This document shows, piece after piece, positions 43,951 through 60,960 of a DNA stretch of 248,000 nt. How positions within the stretch are numbered: the stretch's first letter is position 1; each line of letters starts with the position of its first letter. The notes under the pieces are model-generated. The model did no database searches. It was not told the origin of the DNA and saw only the letters and a program-made list of their open reading frames with translations. This DNA comes from Octopus vulgaris (Eukaryota). Location of the stretch: positions 117,820,001 to 118,068,000 of the forward strand of contig OX597817.1 in the NCBI GenBank assembly GCA_951406725.2, read 5' to 3'. A program made the position numbers and the translations under genes.

Positions 43951-46714
43951 ACTCCCTTGTATTTAACAATAACAATTCTATCTGATTTACGTTTAAAAAG
44001 AGCAAGTGGAATGTCTGACTAACCCGATATATTGACAAATGCTGAATATTTTAACGTCACTGATATAACGAATGAAACTGGCAATATTACTTTGTAGCTT
44101 ATCTAAACGCAAAGTCAACGCCACTTTAAAATAAAACATTTGTAAAAAATTCTGCAGAAAGTAAAATTATATTTCATCCTACATTCTACCGCCGTGTCTT
44201 TCGCTTCTTTGGAATATATACATTTGAAAATAAAAGAACAATCCTGTACATATTTCTACAATATTATCCTAAAGTACACATGGCAAAGCATTATGTTGAT
44301 TTTATTCATGAAAATGTGGTATAACTAACATTATAAAACCTCGATACTCTTTGATGTATAAACATACACATACGTAAGTACACACTTATATTTGTGCGTT
44401 CACCTGTATATTTACAAACATACATATAAATACACACACATACAGACATATTGTTTGAATTCGCCTTTTTTAAAATTAAGGATAGGTCACATTTATTTAT
44501 TAAAACTTTAAGTTCAGTTTGAAATATACACTATGAATTCAATCTTTTTTAAAAAGAATTTATTTGATTTGTGCATTCAGTTAGTGTTCCTAAATCTATT
44601 AATTTCTTAATGCTTTCTTTTCTCCATCATAAAAATGAAGTAATTATATAACGATCTGCTCTTGTCTGCGCGTGAACTTGCAAATGATCCTGGGGGGTGT
44701 TGGTGATGTTTTGTTTCCAGCATCTGCTTTTATGGGTATTATTGAACGGTTATGTAGATTTTGTATTTATCCCATCTGTAGCTTATTTCTCTGTTAATTT
44801 TCAGTCCATATTTCACTATTAGTGTCATCTCTCTTAATCCCTTCAAACTTTGTGCCAGTAAATTGTGGACCAAGTAAATTTTGTTATTTATTCTCTTTTT
44901 ATTGATTTTTGTTTCGACTACTGGATGTCAGTTTACTGACATGGGTTACTATTTAAAATGCATCGTCAACGGGAAGAAAGTTGCACTTGCATGACCGATG
45001 TTACAATTCAATTCAAGGAGATTTTAATTTTTATATATGCATTAAAACTACATTAGTTATATAGAATAAGCACTGTGGTGTAATTCATTGTGGTTAAATC
45101 CTAGAAAACTAGCATGAGCTGAATAATGACCCACATATCATGATCCTCATATGCGCCATCAGTAAACTGCTTGCATTTTGGGACAAGCATACAAATATTC
45201 CAAAAATAAACAACATACTATTATGCAGCACTAAGTGCGAAGACATTTAAAAAAACTACACAGCACGATTATACATTAATTGGACGCATTCTGCCTCTGT
45301 ACATGCAATTTAGCTTCTCATACATGTACAATAATATTAAGGCACAAAAACAAACGATCGCCTCCTCATCATTATCTCCCTAAACAACACATTTGCAAAC
45401 TGAATATAACACAACAAAATAAAAAATATATAACAGAAAGTTCCAGAGCCATCTTCTGATAAAGATACTGAAATCCTACGTTACGAATGGGGACATTTCA
45501 AACAGAGAGTTTGAATGTCGATTTAGGAACGATAAGGATCAAACTGAAACACATTAATGCATTTAATACAGTATGTGATTCTCACGACACATATACGGTC
45601 CTAACTTTCACCTTGAGCGGAAATAACATGACAATAACTAAAACTTTGAATTCCATATACTCTACTGCATACTGAATTCCATATACTCTACTTGAAAATA
45701 TAAAAAAAAACAAACGTAACATGTTAAAAACAGTTTTAGGAAACTTAAGACAGATAATACCTCCTAAATTAAAACTTACATAAGAAATTTTATTCTATAC
45801 CCTCGAATACGGTCGTACACTTCCAATACTTAGGAGACAAAGTTGAAAGAAACACAATAAACATCTCCAACTCAATCTCGCAAATCAACACGCTCTGAAA
45901 TAGAATCACCAAAATATTCGACCCTACGATAAGAAATATGCGATCATCTAATGAGTTCTATGAATTCTGCAGAAAACCAAGAAATATGGTAGAATTGTCA
46001 ATGTAGATGTCGAAATCTGTATCGCTACCGTCCTGATATTAGAAACTGTAAATGTAGTAGCTGATAGCATATGCAGTTTATAAAACATTATGATTTTTTT
46101 CTGGTGCCCTGGCCAACCAAAGTTATCATCCGCTTCTCTACTCAAAGTAATTTAAATGTGCAAAAGGATGAAGCAGCTAATGAAACTTTCTTGAGTGACT
46201 CATATTGATTGCATTATACATGACAACATAGAAAACAACGTCGTTTGTATGCATAGCAATAATATTTATTCAAGAATTGTTCATGATATATTAATAAGAT
46301 ACTTATAGTCTGATATAAAACTGAAATGGTATATATCTCAAAACTACAATTGAATGGGTATGCGTTTCAAACCAAACCCATAAGGAAATAAGTAAAAGAC
46401 GTATTGAAAAATCAAACTTGAAAATTGATGAGATTTTTGCTGCAACAGACCAGAAAGAAAACAAAGGTTGTACCCTCTACACACACACACACACACACAC
46501 AGACATACACACACACACAGACAAACAGACACACGCAGATGCAAGCGCACAAAACATACATGCACACATAAATATGCATACACATGCTTGTATGTTTATA
46601 TATGTATACACACACGGGTGCACTTTCACACACATATAGATACACAAACACATGCATACCTGTATACATATATATAGAAAGCGATAGATAGATAGATAGA
46701 GATTAATAGATAGA

Positions 46715-46748
<34 letters not shown>

Positions 46749-46903
46749 TACAGACAGGCAGATATATAGATAGACAGATAGATAGATAGATAGAGTTAGA
46801 GAGGGAAAACATTTTGCAAGAGATTAAAACTTTTGCCCATATTTGAGTTCTTAATATATATACATAATACATGCATAAATACATACATAAATATATAGAT
46901 ATA

Positions 46904-47292
46904 TACTAGCAGTACAGCCCGGCGTCGCTCGGGTTTGTTTCGACCTTTTAGAATAGGAATTTTTGAAAAGTAAAACTTTTGCATGATGTAGCTTGTTATT
47001 TTCTTTAAGTGAACATTTTCTGGTTGAAATAAACCGTAAAATAGCGACACAGCAGTCAACAAATCGTAAAAGAATAGGGATTTTCATAGAAAAAAAGTAC
47101 CTTTTTGATATAAATAATTTTTCATCTTAACATGGTCCGATTTGAATCTTTTCTTCTACGGAATGAAGAGCAATTCTTTGTCTATGATACTCTCAATGTT
47201 GATCAACTTGCGCCGCAGGGTCTCGAAGAAGATTATGTTAGTTAAAGGCTACCAAACCTGCCTCACACACACAGACAACTTCAGCTTTATAC

Positions 47293-47295
<3 letters not shown>
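46904..47295 (-). mobile_element. Non-autonomous Helitron
   Basis: On the minus strand it ends with hairpin cccgagcgacgccggg + ctgtactgCTAG in an AT context. Confidence 0.7.
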
Positions 47296-47365
<70 letters not shown>

Positions 47366-47368
47366 TAT

Positions 47369-47418
<50 letters not shown>

Positions 47419-47742
47419 GTGTGTGTGCGTGTTTGATTGCTTGAGTGGCGTCTATGTCGAGTTCGAAGTGGTAAAGCATGAAGTTTGCGATTTAAATTTA
47501 GTGGCACGTTCATCTGCGTGGCTTTCAAATCTCAGGCGTATTGTAGCATGTAAAGTTTCAGCACCCGAAATACCGCGATATTACAAACCTCAGCAAATAC
47601 CTTCCACAGTTTGAATTACCTTAGTCACGTGACGTTTGCCCTGCAATTTTTTTTTATGAGCTATGTCCACTTTATTGCAGCAACGCTAGTTGCAGAAAAT
47701 GCTATTTCACTCTCTCTCACACACACACACTCTCTCTCTCTC

Positions 47743-47821
<79 letters not shown>

Positions 47822-47941
47822 TTTTTCTTTTTTGATAATGATAACGTAATTGCTGCAATAACTTGGAAATTTAATTTCGATGTTAAAGGGTTAGAATTAC
47901 TTCACAACAGAATGCTATTGTTTTTAACCTCCAAAGTAGGT

Positions 47942-47999
<58 letters not shown>

Positions 48000-49227
48000 T
48001 GCACTAGATTGATAATAACTTATTACATATCTTTAAACTACTAATATTTACATAACGACACCTTCCTCTTTGCTTCACCTCTCTTCGCATTCGACTCTTC
48101 GAACCTTGTATTCTACGTATATTTTAACTAAACTTCACCTTTGAACTTCCATACCTTCTCTCGTACGTCAACTCTGTTGTCTCTATACATTAACCGTGAT
48201 ATTTATCCATTGGCAGTTTTTTTACCGACGTCACTCCATTTAAGCATTTTACGTCTACACCAGCACCAAGTACCTATATCTCTTACGTTACCTGAAAATA
48301 GAAATATAGATGTAAACATTATCGACTACACACCCTCAATCTATATGTTTCATGTGTTCACCGGTTGACTGCGGAATAATACTTGGGAGACGATGTTTTC
48401 ATAAGACTGAGTATTATAAGCGCAAGAAAGTTATAGACAGGCAAAACAACTCACTTCCGACGGAATTTAGGCGTGATGGACTTAGATATTTCACCATTTT
48501 GAGGCTATCAATATTACCTATCTGAAGCGAAACGGTGACGATTCGAATCGCCAGTCTATAGCTGTATATATAGTGCAAGAACTAGTTGCTGGTATGCCAT
48601 GGCGATGCATACCTATGATTCAATTCGTTAGAAATATAGATATAGTTTCTGTTATTCCAATTAACAGATGTCAGAAGTATAAAAAATATATAAATATTCA
48701 AGCACATTGACGCTGCTTGAAAACATTAAATTATATAATATGGAAAGTAAATATAATTATTTTACTTATTATTTCACCGCAAAACTTTAAATAAGTCGTT
48801 CACAAATTATCGACATCTCCTACTATCAAAACGCTAATCTTCACTAGACACCGACTGCTAGTCATGAAGAAATCGCATTCATTATGTTTGGATAATCTTA
48901 TGTTGTAACAAGTTGCTATCATGTCTCTTTAGATCTCACAAACGCCAGTGGAATAAATATCTTTGTTGTGCGAAATACATGTGCTGTTTGAACTATTTTA
49001 GATTTAAATAACTACACATCACAGAATAAAATTACAAATTCACAATTAATGTAATACTTTCAAGTTATTTTTGCAATTCATTGTCTGTTTTAAAATATTT
49101 GCTGTGTTGATATTTATAATTTTATATCCACAATTTTTATTCTGTACTTACTTTACCGCACATTTTGTTTATTCTTTATTTTGCATACTTTATTTAGTGT
49201 ATGGTGCGAGTATATATATATATATGC

Positions 49228-49290
<63 letters not shown>

Positions 49291-50012
49291 TGTGTGTGTG
49301 TGTGTGTGTGCTTTATGAAAATATTTCCTCATTCTTTCGTTGTTTCAATACAAAACCATTTTAAAATTGTACACTAATGTCGGGTATTTCACCTTTGAAA
49401 GCCCATGATACCAATTTTGATAACATTTCAAATATTCAAGCATATTATCTTATTTTCAGATACTGTATTTAATAGAAATATATATTTAGTAACAATCTAA
49501 TCTTTATTCCAAATACTCACAATTAAAATAAGTTCATAAATAGAATAAACAAAATGAAATGCAATAATCTCATATAAATGTCATTGAAAAATTATATTAA
49601 TTTCATTGATTTTCTGATTAAGTAGAAAATTTATTTTATCAGACTTGGGTACAATATGACGTTTGTGTTATTGTCAAAGAGGAATGGAATCCAACATTGG
49701 TGCCTCGACAAGTTTCCAGTTCGAAAATACTTGCAGAAACCTTTAAAATGCCAGTTAATTTGATCTAAATCTGTCTTAGATTAATCTATTTCCTTCTTTT
49801 TAATTAGTTTTGGATCTTCATTAAAGTGCCTTTGGTGTGCTATTAGTACTTATTTTAACGATAAAGACGCACTACAATGAACTTGATTTTCCAAATTGCC
49901 GGCACAAATTAGCAATTTTATCTCAAAATACGTGACCCATTTATATATTATTGTAGTAGTTATCTTACTCAGGCGAATAAATTTATCAATCTAAGCAATT
50001 GAGTATATTACG

Positions 50013-50090
<78 letters not shown>

Positions 50091-50638
50091 TATATGTATA
50101 TGTTTTGAATTTAAATTGAAAATATCGGCAAAATATGTTGTGTCATTTTTATGTCTGACTGCAACCGTGAAAAATAATCATGCATTCATTCCAATACTGT
50201 ATATATTCGCTAAACTGAAATATGCAATAATATAAATATTGTCAATTTACAGATATGCTGATGCATATCTGTAAATTACTTATCTGTTTTGAATTTATAC
50301 ATTGTTATATATTATTTACGTTGTTTTTATGATATATTAACATATTTGATATTGTAATATGCCAGAGCAAATATTTATGTTTTTGGAGCAAATGATAATA
50401 GGTGACCTGTATGTAACTCAATAAGTGATACATAAATTGATACAGCAGCGATAGTGGTAAAACAAAAGAAGACTTAAAAGCATTTTACTTCCGCAGGAAT
50501 GACACCTAAAATCATAGTTCACATTCTATTACATACACTATAGTTGTGCATTTACCATCCGTGAAAAATAAACCAGCTTGAAATTATAGGATACTTTTAT
50601 GAAGGAAAACGTACCCCCATGAATATCTTAGTATATAC

Positions 50639-50684
<46 letters not shown>

Positions 50685-51399
50685 ATGATAATTGCTCTGT
50701 CGTTTTTCTTCCCTTAGCTGAGTATGACAAAGAAGTAATTCTCCCACACATATTGATATCCTAGTAAGCATCCAAATAAAAGAAACCCGATTGATTTACA
50801 TAAATCCCCTTAGACATACGTTGTCTCCTCTGGCGCAGAGGTTTACTGTTGTTTCATCTGTTTATTTTATAAAAACTTCACGCCCTCTACTCGACACCGG
50901 CATGCCACGAGTTGCCTCAATGTAAGCTTTATTTTTTAACACATGTGTCTTCCTTTCACGTTCGACGTTGCCCACAACTCTAAGCAAATACACTGACCAC
51001 TCCGAATTATTGCCACCTGGAACCCATTCTATTTTTAAGGATATCTTGCGGGTTTTATTGTTTAACAGAATAGTGAACCTCACTGGCTGCGGTGAGAAAG
51101 CATGTGTATGTGACATGGTGGAAATATGAAAGCAAGTGTACCTGAAAACGGTTATAAACAGCTGGAAACAATTGAGGCAGGTTGAATTCAATACCAAAAT
51201 ATGAAAGAAAAGACAAAGAAAGAGTACCTGCAGTGATTGAGAAAAATACTACCTTCAAAGCAGAATGCCAGCAACATGATTGTGGTAGTAAATTCACGCA
51301 GTCACAGTAGTCAGATATGGCCCTGGAATCTTGAAGTGAACAGAGGAGGAGCTAAAGTACTTAAACAGGAAGACAAGAAAGCTCCTACCTAAGGATGCG

Positions 51400-52400
51400 T
51401 GGAGTCCATCACCCACGTGCATACCTTGAAGAAGAGGACAAATGAAGAGGTCAAATAGAGGAAGAGGAATGGCATGATGAGGACAAATACAGGAAAGGTA
51501 CTGGCAAGTGTGGAAGACTGCGTATGTATCGAACTCGAGAGCTTAACCAGATACCTAGCCCAAAGTAAGGAAACTTTTCTAGAGTGAGTTAGGAATGAGA
51601 GTATTGAAAGCAGAGAAAAAATGAAAAAAAGAAGTAGGAAAAGGACGAAGAAGAAGTACGCAACAAGGGACTACACAATTAATTCAATGTAGCCTCAACT
51701 GAATTTGCTAGAAAACATAGTTGGGATTGGCTAAAGTAAGGAAGACTGAAAAAAGAAACCGAGAGCACTATACTGGCAACGCAAAACCAGGCTTTGATCC
51801 TGAATTGGAGGGTGAACCTTAGGAATGAAGAAGTATATTCACTGGTTTCAATGTACTGCAGGTGTAATAGAGTGGGCGAGACCTTTGCCCATATCACGAA
51901 CGAGTGGTGACACGATGAGGTAGCGAAAGTCTTACACTGTAAACTGTGCGAAAAATGGGGATTAGAGAGAGCTACGACGTGATATGAACACAAACCGCAG
52001 AGTGTTGGAGTCGGAGACTCGCAAACTCCGCTGAGATTTTCCAATCCAAACAAATCAGGTGCTAGACATAACAAACCAGACTAAATAGTAGTCGGCAAGG
52101 TGTACCACATATGCTATATAGTTGATGTTGCGAGCCCCTTTGGCCCACGAGTAGTCAAGAAGGAAATCGATAAAGTAAATATATACAATTCTCTTAAGTA
52201 CGAAATTGACCGGCTATGGAAAATGAAGTAAGTGAAGATAGTGCCATTAATTGTTGAGTCCTTCGGAAGTGTATCAGAATACATCAAGAGGTATATAAAG
52301 GAAATCAGAATTGAGTGTCCAGTAGAACTATCACAAAAGGTTTGCCTCCTTGGCAAGGCCAGGATAATCAGGTAAGTATTGGATAGTTGGAAAGATCAGA
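51400..52400 (+). mobile_element. R4/Dong-like LINE 3' part (zinc knuckle + RLE), degenerate, with (AGT)n tail
   Basis: HNKPD..VV..CYIVDVASPF.PRVVKKEIDKV..Y..LKYEIDRLWKMK..KIVPLIV. Confidence 0.65.
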
Positions 52401-52526
52401 TAGCATACTACCGTAAGATGCAGGCAGTAAGCTCACCACACATGTAAGACTGCGGGTCTTACAACAGAGCCTAAGATAAAAAGAGTAACATTAGCAGCAA
52501 CAGCATCAGCTGCAGTAGCATCAGCT

Positions 52527-52599
<73 letters not shown>

Positions 52600-52642
52600 C
52601 AGCAGCAGTAGTAGTAGTAGTAGTAGTAGTAGTCGTAGTATC

Positions 52643-52707
<65 letters not shown>

Positions 52708-52749
52708 GTGGAGGAGGAGGAGGGAGTAAATTATACTGGGAATTTGGCA

Positions 52750-53390
52750 AAATTAAGATGGAAGTAGAAGAAACACCTAAGACATTATTGTGAAAGAGTT
52801 CTGGAAGAAAACATGGAGTGACGAAACAGTATAAGGTTGAAGTTGACTGAAGGGAACATGAGATAGAGAGACTTCTGAAGTTGAAGAACAGAAGTGGGAG
52901 GAAATAGGATTAGAATAACTAAGATGCGTTTTTAGAAAGTCTCACAAATTGAAAACCCCAGGACCATATCGAATCTCAAACTTTTGGCGAAATTGTTTGG
53001 CACAAGTGCAGGAAAATCTTGTTGTATCTCTCACTGACATCATTGAGGACTCAGAGCAAGTACCTGTCTGGCAGACTTGAGGAATTACATAACCATATAC
53101 TAATGGCATAAAAAACCGAAGAATTACTGAACAATAACATATCTCAATACCACTTACAATATTCACACATCTATAACAATTGAAGGAATGTACGCCTTCC
53201 TTGAATGTACGCCTTCCTGTCCGCAAGATCAAAAAGTTTGTTGAAGAAATTTCTAGGTGAACAAAGACCAATTGCTCATAAATAGATTGATTTTAGGAAA
53301 TTGCCAGAACCAAAGTACTTGAGTTTGGCATGGAAGACTAAAAGAAAGCGTTTGATAATATCCTTCAGACATGGATACGCAAGGCCCTTG
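52750..53390 (+). mobile_element. R4/Dong-like LINE RT-region fragment
   Basis: IVKEFWKKTWSDET and NYRTITYLNTTYNI-like remnants. Confidence 0.45.
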
Positions 53391-53405
53391 ATACATATAT
53401 ATATA

Positions 53406-54215
53406 TACTAGCAGTATTGCCCGGCTCGTGCGCTCGTGCGTTCTATGCACGCATGAATTAAGCTAAACTTGGATGAAGTTCAATCAAAATTCAGTTATTT
53501 GGGTTTTAAAATCAAGCATTTAATGCCCTCTATTTTTGCGCTCATATGTTCCATTTCCTCAATAGAAAGTACGTAGAAGCTTTTCATAAATTTTTGTCGA
53601 GCATATAATTGCATTGTTGAATTATTCTTTTAGATCAGTGTTTCTCAACGGGGATTTCAGGGAAGAGTTTCAGGGAGTCGCTGGCGATGTATCGTGATGA
53701 TAAAAAGTCCGGCCTGCTAAAATTTGGTTCAAGTGATTCAAACTGCAGACTCAACGCAAAAGACTCACATTTAATTCAAAGCGTCAAAAATGTTATGAAA
53801 GCAATTGCTATGTGTTCACAAAGTCCAAACGATTAATACGAAAAAACCCTTCAGGCTACATCCCGAAAATTCATTTTTTTATCGAATCTCTACAATGTTT
53901 ACGGCGATTCGTTTTTATATCTTGATTTTTTATTTTTCATGCAATTTACGCATGCTTGCACGCGTGGTGCACGCAAATCACGTCAAACAGCTGACTGAGT
54001 AAAGTTCACTATTCAATGCATGGAATAAGGCCTAAACAAACACATTTTCGAGTTTTGCACTTGCGAGATGAATTTCGGAACAGATATAGCGCAGTTCAAT
54101 TTTCATTCGCCTAAAATTTAAGTGAGCCATTTTTTGTGGTTCTACTATTTGTTGGCTAGGAGGAGATGTGCCGGGAAGTTAAACACACAGACACATAAGT
54201 TGAGTTATATATATA
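53406..54215 (-). mobile_element. Non-autonomous Helitron-like element
   Basis: The left end ctagcagtattgcccggc matches the Helitron 3' terminus family; the right end cacacagacacataagttgagttatata resembles the 5' ends of the family. Confidence 0.55.
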
Positions 54216-55218
54216 TATATATATGATTTCTCGTCATCTCCAAATTCTTATGAGTTAGAATGGCCAATAATATGGTGTGCGAATCCAACAACATCAGCAT
54301 CAAATGAGGCAACTTCCAAGGTGACCCCCCACTCCATTACTTTTCACATAACACTGATGTCAGTCTCAAATGAATTGTAAAACATTGGCTTTCGGTACAA
54401 CATTCTCCGCACGATAAGACACCATGGGCGATCTAAAGTTGTTTGAAAAGAATGACCAAGAGCTATAAGAGACCATGGGAGATCTAACCAAGAGCTAGAT
54501 GGGCTGCTGTACATTCTAAACATATGCACGAAATTACAGAAACTTTGTTAGCTAGTATTATTCGTAGATTTATCTCCAATACAAATCTTTAAGCTTATGA
54601 TGCCGATATGCGTAATGTTTATGTAACATTGACGGATCGACACTATTTCCCTTTGTGAAACTACACAGATTCTTACAGCGTTTCAAACCAAATTTAATTT
54701 CGTCAGAGAACGCACAAGATCAATGACTATCTTTAATGCCGGTGATACTTTGCTAAAAAGAAATATGAGTCATAATTGGGCACTGATCGCCCGTTGAAGT
54801 TCATTATTAATACAGATTTCCTAAAGGGATAGAATGAAAATATATGCAAGAGATGAATCATAATTTTCTACTACGTGGATCAAGGAGTGGAGTCCACACA
54901 AGTACAATGAATTCTTAGTTATATTAACCGGATTAAACAGAATTTACATACTGAGTGGCAGTTCGGAGAAAGCATGCCACTAGGAAACAATCGAAGACAA
55001 CATCTGCATTAATAACCCAAATCAATTCATACCTGAAGAATACTTTGATAAGCTCATATGTTAGATAAATTTACATGATTAGTGAAGAGAGAGAAGAGAG
55101 AGAAGAGAGGGAGAAGGAGATTAAGTAAGAGAGAGCATGTGCTTTGGGTCGTAAGACATATGAATATGAGTATATATACATATATACATATATATACATA
55201 CATACATACATATATAGA

Positions 55219-55254
<36 letters not shown>

Positions 55255-58200
55255 TTAATAAAGGAATGCCGTTCGACGTTAATGAGATAGTTCATTTGAA
55301 AATTAGTTATCATTCTCACGGAAATAGTGTATTGTTATAAGGTCAATATATATAATCAATTGTTCCTTCTTCAGAAGATTAATAATACGTAATCACCCAT
55401 GGGATCAAATCCCTTGTGGGAGATGAACACAAATCATTAAATGAAAGAAATTAATGACTAAGTATATGAACATTACTTTCATAATAAATCAGTCATCTTC
55501 ATCATGTAGCGTGCAGTTATTTAGAACTATTTATCCTTTCAAAAGGCAGTGATTCTGTAGGATAGCGAACAAAATCTGAAGTTATATTTCATTGAGTGTC
55601 TTAAATGTTGAGTTTTAATTCTCCCTAAGCTGAAACATATTTTCCTCTTTTTGAGGTACCAATTGTCTGTATGTACTTAGATACAAATTCTGATGCTCTA
55701 GTGTAAGCAGCAATGTAACTGATAGTCTATACTAACTAACTTAATCTTACATATACCAGAGTCATGCGAAGTAAAGTATTGGTCGCACATTTTGTCTCAG
55801 TGCCAGAAATATCGGGACAGGAGACAGCCGATTACATCGGTTTTTGTACTCATCTGCTATTCTATCGACTCCCAAAGGATGTAAGGCAATATCAACTTCG
55901 GTGGAATTTGAAATCAGAATACAAAGATGTACGAATTGCCGCTTAGAATTACAACGCCTTCGCCTCAAGCAAAATATTATCAACTAGAATGTTCTTCAGG
56001 AGCGAAAACTACTAGGTCATTTTTCTTGGATTAATTCTCAGCATGATGTACACTGCCTTCCATTTTTCTAGGCCCACAGAAATAAAATACCAATTTGATA
56101 GTAGATTATACATAATCGACTTTTATCTACTATCCAAATTTAGGAATTCGTGTGAAGTTTCAATTTCATTTCACACAAACCCTACTCAGAAACTGCACTC
56201 AACTTTGCAGTGCGTAGGTTCTTACTTTCATTGTCGGTATATTTCGAGTCATCTCCACTGAGGCATCGAGTAGGGTCAGTCTCAGTCCCATATTTGCGAA
56301 ATGACACCTAATAGCTATGTGACATATATTTGACAAACACGAGCTGCCCACCTAACCAGAACCTCTGTAACGAGAACACAGTAAGCAGGATCTACCTCGG
56401 AAAAAAGATAGTAGCTTTGTACACCGGAACACTCAGTGCAGTTCGGTATCGGTGTTTTAGATCTGATTTTTTGCTGGTTAGCTCTGGAATCTCTCAGAAG
56501 TTTTTTGTCTTTGCTCCTACTTGTTCAATACTATCATTGATTGGATACGTGGCCAACTGGTGGCATGATCGAGTTGTGGTGCACTCATAATCTAGGATGA
56601 AAGACCTTGGGTTTGATGGTGAGATTTATTCTTGCTAATTCTCTGTATGACTTAAGAGGCGCTTTTCCTTAACTGAGAGAGAGACAGAAAGCGGAGTCGT
56701 TTGACCTTGGAATCTCTCGGAGCAAAACAAAGATGAAGCTCTTTGTTAGCTTCTTTGCGGACTCCACCACAGTTGTTCTTGTGGGTGATAATGTCGAGGT
56801 TGCTAGCCACGTCACTTATCTCGATAGTAAGATTAATAGTGGAATTACCTGCGAATCAGAAGTCTTAAGCAATTTGGTGGAGCTGGTGCAATTGTTGACT
56901 TAGTGGACAGCTATGTTGACGGCATCTAATCAATCTACAAATATTAATCTATCACTAGATCTATACATACGCTATTTGCTGGATGAGAACTATAGGCGGA
57001 GACAGAATATTTACTCGTTAAGAATATACAAAAGAGATTAGTAATAATATTTGAAATATTTGAAATTGGAAATACTGTGAGCGTTTATGTATTATTAAAA
57101 ATAAGAGATCTGAGTATTTGATAATAATAAATAACCCAACATTACATTTATCGAAAAGCTGCGTTTAAATCCAGCAATGTATGTGTGAACCGTTTATATA
57201 TTAGCAGGGCAGAAGCTCGTGTAAAACAATCTCCGATAAATAGTAATTCTGCGAAACAGAAATGAATATTATGATACAAGGAGTATTGCACTAATTTCGC
57301 TGATACTCATTAAGTTGTGGCCTCGATGATATCAAGTAATCCCTACACTCAAATGTGCTCGTAAAATTGTTTGTGCGCCGGCAAAAATGCAAAGCGGTCT
57401 TTCTTCCGTCTCCTCGCGTCCTAAACGCAAATTCCGCCGAGGATGGCTTTGCTTTGCATTCTCTTGGGGTCGATAGATAACTACCAGTCAAGTATTGGGG
57501 TTGATGAGATCGACCTGCTCTTTCCTCAAAGTTTCAATCTTTGCGCCTATAGTCGAAATGATTAATATTATTTTGAAGACGGTGACCTGGAAGGATCTTC
57601 AGTGCACTGGGGAAAATACATAGCGTTATTTCGTCCGACTTTGTCTTCTGAGTTCAAATTTCATCATGGTGGACTTTGCCTTTTAACCTTTCGTGGTCGA
57701 TAAAACAAATATCAGTCAAGTACTAGTGTGAATATAATCTCCTAGCACAAAATTTCCACCCTATGACTATAATACAAGGGTTTATTTTCCTCTTCCCCCT
57801 CATCATCATCGTCATCGCCATCATCTTCATCACCGCCATCATCATCATCAAGGTTATTATGGAGCCTATTACTTCTCATCACGCCTTAATATCCTAAAAT
57901 CACGCAATATTAATGTAATCCAGTTTTCTTGTGAGCAAGAAGGTAAGCTATGGCTAGAATGCCATTCTGTGTATGTATACTCCATGAAATCCAAGTTGTG
58001 GCTAAATCACATAAAGAAACAAATAACATAAAAGGAAATCTGATAGAATGCATTTATTTAGCATGCACTAGTGTGATGTGTACGTTGGAAGCAGAAATAT
58101 GAATAAGTTTAGTATTGCTTAACGACGCATTTCGTTATTCCACAAATATGCAATTCATAGTTTTTACCAAACAAATGACACCTCACTGTCAAGATTGATA

Positions 58201-58703
58201 CTCTAAAATACTATTTAACGTCAAAACAAAGGTAATAATACATACATGAATGAGATCTTCGTACACAGTACAGGTTAAAGAATAAGTAAGACTTTTAAAC
58301 AATTCACATTATGCAAATGATATTGATTTCAAAGTTTGGACCAAAGCAAGTAACTCCAGGGAAACAAGTCGATTACATCGACCCTAATACTCAACTGCTG
58401 CTTCCTTTATCGACCCTGAAAGTTCGACGGGCAAAATTGCTGGCCCTGTGCCAAAATTTGAAACCAATATTAATAAAATGTTTAATATCACTATTGCCGG
58501 GTGCAACATTGTCATCCTCAATGGCATCAGTTTCATTACCACCGTTATTCACAATATTCTGTTTCCATTGTCACTCATATGGGGTAGCGATTACCAGTGT
58601 TTTTATTGTGACACCACGAATAGATGTATCATAAATCAGGACATAGGGAGATTCCACCTGCTTCCTTTCATTATTATTATTATTGTTATTATTATTATTG
58701 TTG

Positions 58704-58762
<59 letters not shown>

Positions 58763-58780
58763 AATAATAATAATAATAAT

Positions 58781-58811
<31 letters not shown>

Positions 58812-59311
58812 ATAATAATAATATTAATAATAATAATAATATCATCACTGATATCACTGGTATTACTCTTTTATTTTATTTTTTACCCCATTTGTCATTG
58901 TTTTATCAACAGACTCAGAGGTTACACAGGTATGCAGGTCAAGGTTGGTACCAATTTCCAGCGCTGTTCACATGGACAACAAGATAGAAAATGACACTAT
59001 TTGATCTGGCCTTCCTCAGCCATGTTCTGTCATGCAGAATGAATTTCCAGGGAGTCCATTGCTGCCTTGTAAACTTCTTCGAGGAATAGGCTCTCGTCAG
59101 GCTTCTATCGCGCTTGTCATTTACTGCCTTTCCTTTGTTTTTGTAATTGTTGTATCTATGTGTAGTAGCAGCAGTATTGGCAGCAACAGCAACAATAGTA
59201 GGGGTGGAGTTAGTGGTAAAAGTGGTAGTTGGGCCTCAGATTCCTGTTATCAGAATAGTAGTAGTTGCAGCATATTATCTTTATTTTTATTTATTATTAT
59301 TATTATTATTG

Positions 59312-59370
<59 letters not shown>

Positions 59371-59375
59371 AACAA

Positions 59376-59416
<41 letters not shown>

Positions 59417-59417
59417 G

Positions 59418-59456
<39 letters not shown>

Positions 59457-60153
59457 TATCTTCTTTCAATTTCGTCTCCGTAGTCTCCTCTGCAACTTAT
59501 GTCGAATCAAAAATCAAAGTCTTAATTTTCATTTGAACCGAGACTCTTGTGTTTTCTCTCTGTAGTACTGTGGTAAAATGTTATAGATAGGTGTGCATCA
59601 TAGCTACTCGACTTATTTGTTTGCTTTCTTCTCATTTCTAAAATCTAGATAGTTAAAGACACACATTGAGTGATCCAATTTAAGTAGTAGTCTTAATAGC
59701 ATCAATTTCACGTAAAATAAAAGACCCAGTACTGAAGGCGGGGTATACACATTGATTTTCTTTTATTCGAAGTTTTTTTAATAATTCGGGGGATGGAGGA
59801 AAAAAGGCATCCATCTTTCTTTAAAAAAAAAACTATGACAAACTAAGCTTCTCTGTACTAATTCACCTACTTTGAATTTGTATGAGATATCAGCGGCAAT
59901 ACAAGAAGAAAAGACATGAAAACTAAATTGCTTTTATTGCTAATAAGGTTATGGTTTTTTCAATAATTTTCTTTTCTTGTTTGTCTCCTGACAAAGGAAG
60001 AATTTTCATTAACCGACACTTTGTTCAGAATATCCTACTTTTTATTAGGTCAAATGAGATAAAACAGCATGTTCATTTAATTTGAACTGTAAAAATTTGC
60101 TACGGTGTTCGACTTGCCAGGAGCACCAAAACAAGCGACTTAACATCAATCAT

Positions 60154-60226
<73 letters not shown>

Positions 60227-60261
60227 TATCAATAGTAATAATAATGATGATGATGATGATG

Positions 60262-60335
<74 letters not shown>

Positions 60336-60344
60336 CAACCATAA

Positions 60345-60960
<616 letters not shown>
